A DNA stretch of 64,000 bases from Eledone cirrhosa. Taxonomy: Eukaryota. The stretch lies in NCBI GenBank assembly GCA_964016885.1, contig OZ024741.1:2790001-2854000 (forward strand), written 5' to 3'. Numbering within the stretch: the stretch's first letter is position 1; every line of letters starts with the position of its first letter. This document shows, in pieces, positions 55,701 through 64,000 of the stretch. The translations under genes and the position numbers were made by a program. Under the pieces are notes generated by a model, which did no database searches, was not told where the DNA came from, and saw nothing but the letters and a program-made list of their open reading frames with translations.

Positions 55701-58700
55701 CTCCTCACAGTTTCTCCTCTGAAGACCTTCTACTGTCTAGTTCTCCTCACACTTTCTTCTCTGAAGACCTTCTACTGTCCAGCTCTCCTCACAGTTTCTT
55801 CTCTGAAGACCTTCTGCTGTCCAGCTCTCCTCACAGTTTCTTCTCTGAAGACATTCTGCTGTCCAGCTCTCCTCACAGTTTCTTCCCTGAAGACCTTCTG
55901 TTGACATCTCTCCTAACAGTTTCTGCTCTGAAGACCTTCTCCTGTCCAGCTCTCCTCACATTTTCTTCTCTGAAGACGTTCTGCTGTCCAGCTCGCCTCA
56001 CAGTTTCTTCTCTGAAAACCTTCTACTTTCCAGCTCTCCGGACAGTTTCTTGTCTGAAGAGATTCTACTCTCCAGCTCCACTCACAGTTTCTGCTCTGAA
56101 GACCTTCTGCTGTCCAGCTCTCCCCAAAGTTTCTTCTCTGAAGACCTTCTGCTGTCCAGCTCTCCTCACAGTTTCTTCTCTGAAGACATTCTGCTGTCCA
56201 GCTCTCCTCACAATTTCTTCTCTGAAGACCTTCTGCTGACATCTCTCCTCACAGTTTCTGCTCTGAAGACCTTATCCTGTCCAGCTCTCCTCACAGTTTC
56301 TTCTCTGAAGACCTTCTACTGTCCACTTCTCCTCAAACTTTCTTCTCTGAAGATCTTCTACTGTCCAGCTCTCCTCACAGTTTCTTATCTGAAGATCTTC
56401 TATCCAGCTCTCCTCAATGTTTATTCTCTGAAGATCTTCTACTGTCCAGCTCTCCGGACAGTTTCTTCTCTGATGACCTTCTACTCTCCAGCTCTCCTCA
56501 CAGTTTCTTCTCTGAAGACGTTCTACGCTCCAGCTCTCCTCATTATTTCTTCTCTGAAGACCTACTGTCCAGCTCTCCTCAGTTTCTTCTCTGAAGAGCT
56601 TCTACTGTCCAGCTCTCCTCACAATTTCTTCTATGAAGATCTTCTACTGTCCAGCTCTCCGGACAGTTTCTTCTCTGAAGAGCTTCTACTCTCCAGCTCT
56701 CCTCACAGTTTCTTCTCTGAAGTTCTACTACTGTCCAGCTCTCCTCACAGTTTCTTCTCCGAAGACCTCCTGCTGTCCAGCTCACCTCACAGTTTCCTCT
56801 CTGAAGAGCTTCTACTCTCCAGCTCTCCTCACAGTTTCTTCCCTGAAGACCTTCTACTGTCCAGCTCGCCTCATTATTTCTTCTCTGAAGACCTTCTACT
56901 GTCCAGCTCTCCTCACAGTTTCTTCTCTGAACACCTTCTACTGTCTGGCTCTCAGGACAATTTCTTCTCTGAAGAGCTTCTACTGTCCAGCTCTCCTCAT
57001 AGATTATTCTCTGAACACCTTCTACTGTCCAGCTCCTCTCACAGTTTCTTCTCTGAAGTTCTACTACTGTCCAGCTCTCCTCACAGTTTCTTCTCTGAAA
57101 CCCTTCTACTGTCCAGCTCTCCTCACAGTTTCTTCTCTGAAGACATTCTGCTGTCCAGCTCTCCTCACAGTTTCTTCTCTGAAGAACTTCTACTGTCCAG
57201 CTCTCCTCACAGTTTCTGGTCTGAAGACCTTCTACTGTCCAGCTCCTCTCACAGTTTCTTCTCTGAAGTTCTACTACTGTCCAGCTCTCCTCAGACTGTC
57301 TTCTCTGAAGACCTTCTGCTGTCCAGCTCTCCTCACTGTTTCTTCTCTGAAGAACTCCTACTGTCCAGCTCTCCTCACAGTTTCTTCTCTGAAGACCTTC
57401 TACTGTCCAGCTCTCCTCATCATTTCTTCTCTGAAGACATTCTGCTGTCCAGCTCTCCTCACAGTTTCTTCTCTGAAGACCTTCTACTGTCCAGCTCCCC
57501 TCTGTGTTTCTTCTCTGAAGACCTTCTACTGTCCAGCTCTCCTCACAGTTTCTTGTCTGAAGACGTTTTACTGTCCAGCTCTCCTCACAGTTTCTGCTAT
57601 GAAGACCTTCTCTTGTCCAGCTCTCCTCATCATTTCTTCTCTGAAGACATTCTACTGTCCAGCACTCTTCATCATTTCTTCTCTGAAGACATTCTGCTGT
57701 CCAGCTCTCCTCACAGTTTCTTCTCTGAAGACCTTCTACTGTCCAGCTCTCCTCACGGTTTCTTCTCTGAAGACCTTCTGCTGTCCACCTCTCCTCACAC
57801 TTTTTTCTCTGAAGACCTTCTGCTCTCCAGTTCTCCTCACATTTTCTTCACTGACGACCTTCTACTGTCCAGCTCTCCTCAATGTTTCTCCTCTGAAGAC
57901 ATTCTGCTGTCCAGCTCTCCACACAGTTTCTTCGCTGAAGACCTTCAGCTGTCCAGCTCTCCTCACAGTTTCTTCTCTGAAGACATTCTGCTGTCCAGCT
58001 CTCCTCACAATTTCTTCTCTGAAGACCTTCTGCTGACATCTCTCCTCACAATCTCTTCTCTGAAGATCTTCTACTGTCCAGCACTCCTCACAGTTTCTTA
58101 TCTGAAGATCTTCTATCCAGCTCTCCTCACAGTTTCTTCCCTGAAGTCCTTCTGCTGACATCTCTCCTAACAGTTTCTGTTCTGTAGACCTTCTCCTGTC
58201 CAGCTCTCCTCACAGTTTCTTCCCTGAAGACCTTCTGCTGACATCTCTCCTCACAGTTTCTGCTCTGAAGATCTTCTACTGTCCATCTCGCCTGGCAGTT
58301 TCTTCTCTGAAGACCTTCCACTGTCCACCTCTCCAGAGAGTTCCTGCTCTGAAAACATTCTACTCTCCATCTATCCTCACAATTTCTTCTCTGAAGACCT
58401 TCTGTTGTCCAGCTCTCCTCACAGTTTCTTCTCTGAAGACATTCTGCTGTCCAGCTCTCCTCACAGTTTCTTCCCTGAAGACCTTCTGTTGACATCTCTC
58501 CTAACAGTTTCTGCTCTGAAGACCTTCTCCTGTCCAGCTCTCCTCACATTTTCTTCTCTGAAGACGTTCTGCTGTCCAGCTCGCCTCACAGTTTCTTCTC
58601 TGAAAACCTTCTACTTTCCAGCTCGCCGGACAGGTTCTTGTCTGAAGAGCTTCTACTCTCCAGCTCCACTCACAGTTTCTGCTCTGAAGACCTTCTGCTG

Positions 58701-61700
58701 TCCAGCTCTCCTCAAAGTTTCTTCTCAGAAGACCTTCTGCTGTCCAGCTCTCCTCACAGTTTCTTCTCTGAAGACATTCTGCTGTCCAGCTCTCCTCACA
58801 ATTTCTTCTCTGAAGACCTTCTGCTGACATCTCTCCTCACAGTTTCTGCTCTGAAGACCTTATCCTGTCCAGCTCTCCTCACGGTTTCTTCTCTGAAGAC
58901 CTTCTACTGTCCACTTCTCCTCAAACTTTCTTCTCTGAAGATCTTCTACTGTCCAGCTCTCCTCACAGTTTCTTATCTGAAGATCTTCTATCCAGCTCTC
59001 CTCAATGTTTATTCTCTGAAGATCTTCTACTGTCCAGCTCTCCGGACAGTTTCTTCTCTGAAGAGCTTCTACTCTCCAGCTCTCCTCACAGTTTCTTCTC
59101 TGAAGTTCTACTACTGTCCAGCTCTCCTCACAGTTTCTTCTCTGAAGACCTTCTGCTGTCCAGCTCACCTCACAGTTTCTTCTCTGAAGAGCTTCTACTC
59201 TCCAGCTCTCCTCACAGTTTCTTCTCTGAAGACCTTCTACTGTCCAGCTCGCCTCATTATTTCTTCTCTGAAGACCTTCTACTGTCCAGCTCTCCTCATC
59301 ATTTCTTCTCTGAAGACCTTCTACTCTACAGTTCTCCTCACAGTTTCTTCACTGAAGACCTTCTACTGTCCAGCTCTCCTCAATGTTTCTTCTCTGATGA
59401 CCTTCTACTGTCAAGCTCTCTTCACAGATTCTTCTCTGAAGACCTTCTACTGTCCAGCTCTCCTCACAGTTTCTTCTCTGAAGACATTCTACTGTCCAGC
59501 TTGCCTCATCATTTCTTCACTGAAGACCTTCTACTTTCCAGCTCTCCTCACAGTTTCAGTTCTGAAGACATTCTGCTATCCAGTTCTCCTCACAGTTTCT
59601 TCTCTGAAGACCTTCTGCTGACATCTCTCCTCACAGTTTCTGCTCTGAAGACCTTCTGCTGTCCAGCTCTCCTCAAAGTTTCTTCTCTGAAGACCTTCAG
59701 CTGTCCAGCTCTCCTCACAGTTTCTTCTCTGAAGACATTCTGCTGTCCAGCTCTCCTCACAATTTCTTCTCTGAAGACCTTCTGCTGACATCTCTCCTCA
59801 CAGTTTCTGCTCTGAAGATCTTATCCTGTCCAGCTCTCCTCACAGTTTCTTCTCTGAAGACCTTCTACTGTCCACTTCTCCTCAAACTTTCTTCTCTGAA
59901 GATCTTCTACTGTCCAGCACTCCTCACAGTTTCTTATCTGAAGATCTTCTATCCAGCTCTCCTCACAGTTTCTTCCCTGAAGACCTTCTGCTGACATCTC
60001 TCCTAACAGTTTCTGCTCTGTAGACCTTCTCCTGTCCTGTTCTCCTCACAGTTTCTTCCCTGAAGACCTTCTGCTGACATCTCTCCTCACAGTTTCTGCT
60101 CTGAAGACCTTCCACTGTCCAGCTTTCCAGAGAGTTTCTTCTCTGAAAACATTCTACTGTCCAGCTCTTCTCACAGTTTCTTCTCTGAAGTTCTACGACT
60201 GTCCAGCTCTCCTCACAGTTTCTCCTCTGAAGACCTTCTACTCTCCATCTATCCTCACAATTTCTTCTCTGAAGACCTTCTGTTGTCCAGCTCTCCTCAC
60301 AGTTTCTCCTCTGAAGACCTTCTACTGTCTAGTTCTCCTCACACTTTCTTCTCTGAAGACCTTCTACTGTCCAGCTCTCCTCACAGTTTCTTCTCTGAAG
60401 ACCTTCTGCTGTCCAGCTCTCCTCAAGGTTTCTTCTCTGAAGACATTCTGCTGTCCAGCTCTCCTCACAGTTTCTTCCCTGAAGACCTTCTGTTGACATC
60501 TCTCCTAACAGTTTCTGCTCTGAAGACCTTCTCCTGTCCAGCTCTCCTCACATTTTCTTCTCTGAAGACGTTCTGCTGTCCAGCTCGCCTCACAGTTTCT
60601 TCTCTGAAAACCTTCTACTTTCCAGCTCTCCGGACAGTTTCTTGTCTGAAGAGATTCTACTCTCCAGCTCCACTCACAGTTTCTGCTCTGAAGACCTTCT
60701 GCTGTCCAGCTCTCCCCAAAGTTTCTTCTCTGAAGACCTTCTGCTGTCCAGCTCTCCTCACAGTTTCTTCTCTGAAGACATTCTGCTGTCCAGCTCTCCT
60801 CACAATTTCTTCTCTGAAGACCTTCTGCTGACATCTCTCCTCACAGTTTCTGCTCTGAAGACCTTATCCTGTCCAGCTCTCCTCACAGTTTCTTCTCTGA
60901 AGACCTTCTACTGTCCACTTCTCCTCAAACTTTCTTCTCTGAAGATCTTCTACTGTCCAGCTCTCCTCACAGTTTCTTATCTGAAGATCTTCTATCCAGC
61001 TCTCCTCAATGTTTATTCTCTGAAGATCTTCTACTGTCCAGCTCTCCGGACAGTTTCTTCTCTGAAGAGCTTCTACTCTCCAGCTCTCCTCACAGTTTCT
61101 TCTCTGAAGTTCTACTACTGTCCAGCTCTCCTCACAGTTTCTTCTCTGAAGACCTCCTGCTGTCCAGCTCACCTCACAGTTTCTTCTCTGAAGAGCTTCT
61201 ACTCTCCAGCTCTCCTCACAGTTTCTTCTCTGAAGACCTTCTACTGTCAAGCTCGCCTCATTATTTCTTCTCTGAAGACCTTCTACTGTCCAGCTCTCCT
61301 CACAGTTTCTTCTCTGAACACCTTCTACTGTCCGGCTCTCAGGACAATTTCTTCTCTGAAGAGCTTCTACTGTCCAGCTCTCCTCATAGATTATTCTCTG
61401 AACACCTTCTACTGTCCAGCTCCTCTCACAGTTTCTTCTCTGAAGTTCTACTACTGTCCAGCTCTCCTCACAGTTTCTTCTCTGAAACCCTTCTACTGTC
61501 CAGCTCTCCTCACAGTTTCTTCTCTGAAGACATTCTGCTGTCCAGCTCTCCTCACAGTTTCTTCTCTGAAGAACTTCTACTGTCCAGCTCTCCTCACAGT
61601 TTCTGCTCTGAAGACCTTCTACTGTCCAGCTCCTCTCACAGTTTCTTCTCTGAAGTTCTACTACTGTCCAGCTCTCCTCATACTGTCTTCTCTGAAGACC

Positions 61701-64000
61701 TTCTGCTGTCCAGCTCTCCTCACTGTTTCTTCTCTGAAGACCTTCTACTGTCCAGCTCTCCTCATCATTTCTTCTCTGAAGACATTCTGATTTCCAGCTC
61801 TCCTCACAGTTTCTTCTCTGAAGACCTTCTACTGTCCAGCTCCCCTCTGTGTTTCTTCTCTGAAGACCTTCTACTGTCCAGCTCTCCTCACAGTTTCTTG
61901 TCTGCAGACGTTTTACTCTCCAGCTCTCCTCACAGTTTCTGCTATGAAGACCTTCTCCTGTCCAGCTCTCCTCATCATTTCTTCTCTGAAGACATTCTAC
62001 TGTCCAGCACTCTTCATCATTTCTTCTCTGAAGACATTCTGATGTCCTGCTCTCCTCACAGTTTCTTCTCTGAAGACCTTCTACTGTCCAGCTCTCCTCA
62101 CAGTTGATTCTCTGAACATTTTCTACTGTCCAGTTCTCCTCACACTTTCTTCTCTGAAGACCTTCTACTGTCCAGCTCTCCTCACGGTTTCTTCTCTGAA
62201 GACCTTCTGCTGTCCACCTCTCCTCACACTTTTTTCTCTGAAGACCTTCTGCTCTCCAGTTCTCCTCACATTTTCTTCACTGAAGACCTTCTCCTGTCCA
62301 GCTCTCCTCACATTTTCTTCTCTGAAGACGTTCTGCTGTCCAGCTCGCCTCACAGTTTCTTCTCTGAAAACCTTCTACTTTCCAGCTCTCCGGACAGTTT
62401 CTTGTCTGAAGAGCTTCTACTCTCCAGCTCCACTCACAGTTTCTGCTCTGAAGACCTTCTGCTGTCCAGCTCTCCTCAAAGTTTCTTCTCTGAAGACCTT
62501 CTGCTGTCCAGCTCTCCTCACAGTTTCTTCTCTGAAGACCTTCTGCTGACATCTCTCCTCACAGTTTCTGCTCTGAAGACCTTATCCTGTCCAGCTCTCC
62601 TCACAGTTTCTTCTCTGAAGACCTTCTACTGTCCACTTCTCCTCAAACTTTCTTCTCTGAAGATCTTCTACTGTCCAGCTCTCCTCACAGTTTCTAATCT
62701 GAAGATCTTCTATCCAGCTCTCCTCAATGTTTATTCTCTGAAGATCTTCTACTGTCCAGCTCTCCGGACAGTTTCTTCTCTGAAGAGCTTCTACTCTCCA
62801 GCTCTCCTCACAGTTTCTTCTCTGAAGTTCTACTACTGTCCAGCTCTCCTCACAGTTTCTTCTCTGAAGACCTCCTGCTGTCCAGCTCACCTCACAGTTT
62901 CTTCTCTGAAGAGCTTCTACTCTCCAGCTCTCCTCACAGTTTCTTCTCTGAAGACCTTCTACTGTCCAGCTCGCCTCATTATTTCTTCTCTGAAGACCTT
63001 CTACTGTCCAGCTCTCCTCACAGTTTCTTCTCTGAACACCTTCTACTGTCCGGCTCTCAGGACAATTTCTTCTCTGAAGAGCTTCTACTGTCCAGCTCTC
63101 CTCATAGATTATTCTCTGAACACCTTCTACTGTCCAGCTCCTCTCACAGTTTCTTCTCTGAAGTTCTACTACTGTCCAGCTCTCCTCACAGTTTCTTCTC
63201 TGAAACCCTTCTACTGTCCAGCTCTCCTCACAGTTTCTTCTCTGAAGACATTCTGCTGTCCAGCTCTCCTCACAGTTTCTTCTCTGAAGACCTTCTACTG
63301 TCCAGCTCCCCTCTGTGTTTCTTCTCTGAAGACCTTCTACTGTCCAGCTCTCCTCACAGTTGATTCTCTGAACATTTTCTACTGTCCAGTTCTCCTCACA
63401 CTTTCTTCTCTGAAGACCTTCTACTGTCCAGCTCTCCTCACACTTTTTTCTCTGAAGACCTTCTGCTCTCCAGTTCTCCTCATATTTTCTTCACTGAAGA
63501 CCTTCTACTGTCCAGCTCTCCTCAATGTTTCTTCTCTGAAGACATTCTGCTATCCAGCTCTCCTCACAGTTTCTTCGCTGAAGACCTTCTGCTGTCCAGC
63601 TCTCCTCACAGTTTCTTGTCTGAAGACGTTTTACTGACCAGCTCTCCTCACAGTTTCTGCTATGAAGACCTTCTCCTGTCCAGCTCTCCTCATCATTTCT
63701 TCTCTGAAGACATTCTACTGTCCAGCACTCTTCATCATTTCTTCTCTGAAGACATTCTGCTGTCCAGCTCTCCTCACAGTTTCTTCTCTGAAGACCTTCT
63801 ACTGTCCAGCTCTCCTCACAGTTGATTCTCTGAACATTTTCTACTGTCCAGTTCTCCTCACACTTTCTTCTCTGAAGACCCTCTACTGTCCAGCTCTCCT
63901 CACACTTTTTTCTCTGAAGACCTTCTGCTCTCCAGTTCTCCTCACGTTTTCTTCACTGAAGACCTTCTACTGTCCAGCTCTCCTCAATGTTTCTTCTCTG
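31782..64000. repeat. 42-bp satellite array (>32 kb, ~770 monomers), runs off the window end
   Basis: Consensus TCTGAAGACCTTCTACTGTCCAGCTCTCCTCACAGTTTCTTC. Single orientation, with occasional shorter (mostly 40-41-bp) monomers. Confidence 0.99.

Noticed and set aside
31750-63825. Long ORFs (SEDLLLSSSPHSFF, LKTFYCPALLTVSS and EESWTVEGLQRRNC repeats)
   Set aside because: They arise because 42 is divisible by 3 and some frames lack stops. Frequent 40-41-bp monomers shift the frame, so there is no sign of coding constraint.
31782-64000. CRISPR array or C2H2 zinc-finger array (84 = 2 x 42)
   Set aside because: No unique spacers and no cas genes in a eukaryotic context. No C-x2-C/H-x3-H pattern or TGEKP linker in any frame.
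31782-64000. Satellite monomer as a hammerhead (CTGAAGA in every unit)
   Set aside because: GAAAC occurs only on the opposite strand, so no complete core forms on either strand.

Overview
Repeat-dominated animal genomic DNA, probably a coleoid cephalopod such as octopus (inferred from the tRNA-derived SINE family and the AT/microsatellite richness). I found no intact host gene. Positions 1-31.7 kb are a mosaic of decayed retroelements: RTE, Tx1/L1-like and CR1-like LINEs, at least five Penelope-like elements (PLEs), about 12 SINE copies, one non-autonomous Helitron, and micro- and minisatellites. Positions ~31.8-64 kb are a single 42-bp satellite array with multi-kb higher-order duplications; its long 'ORFs' are artefacts. 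The most notable signal is 12 type I hammerhead ribozyme (HHR) motifs from about 8 sequence families, read directly from the sequence. They lie in PLE pseudo-LTRs and in short non-coding modules embedded in (TA)n tracts, which suggests a local nest of (TA)n-associated, ribozyme-bearing non-autonomous retroelements. All folds were checked by eye, not computed.
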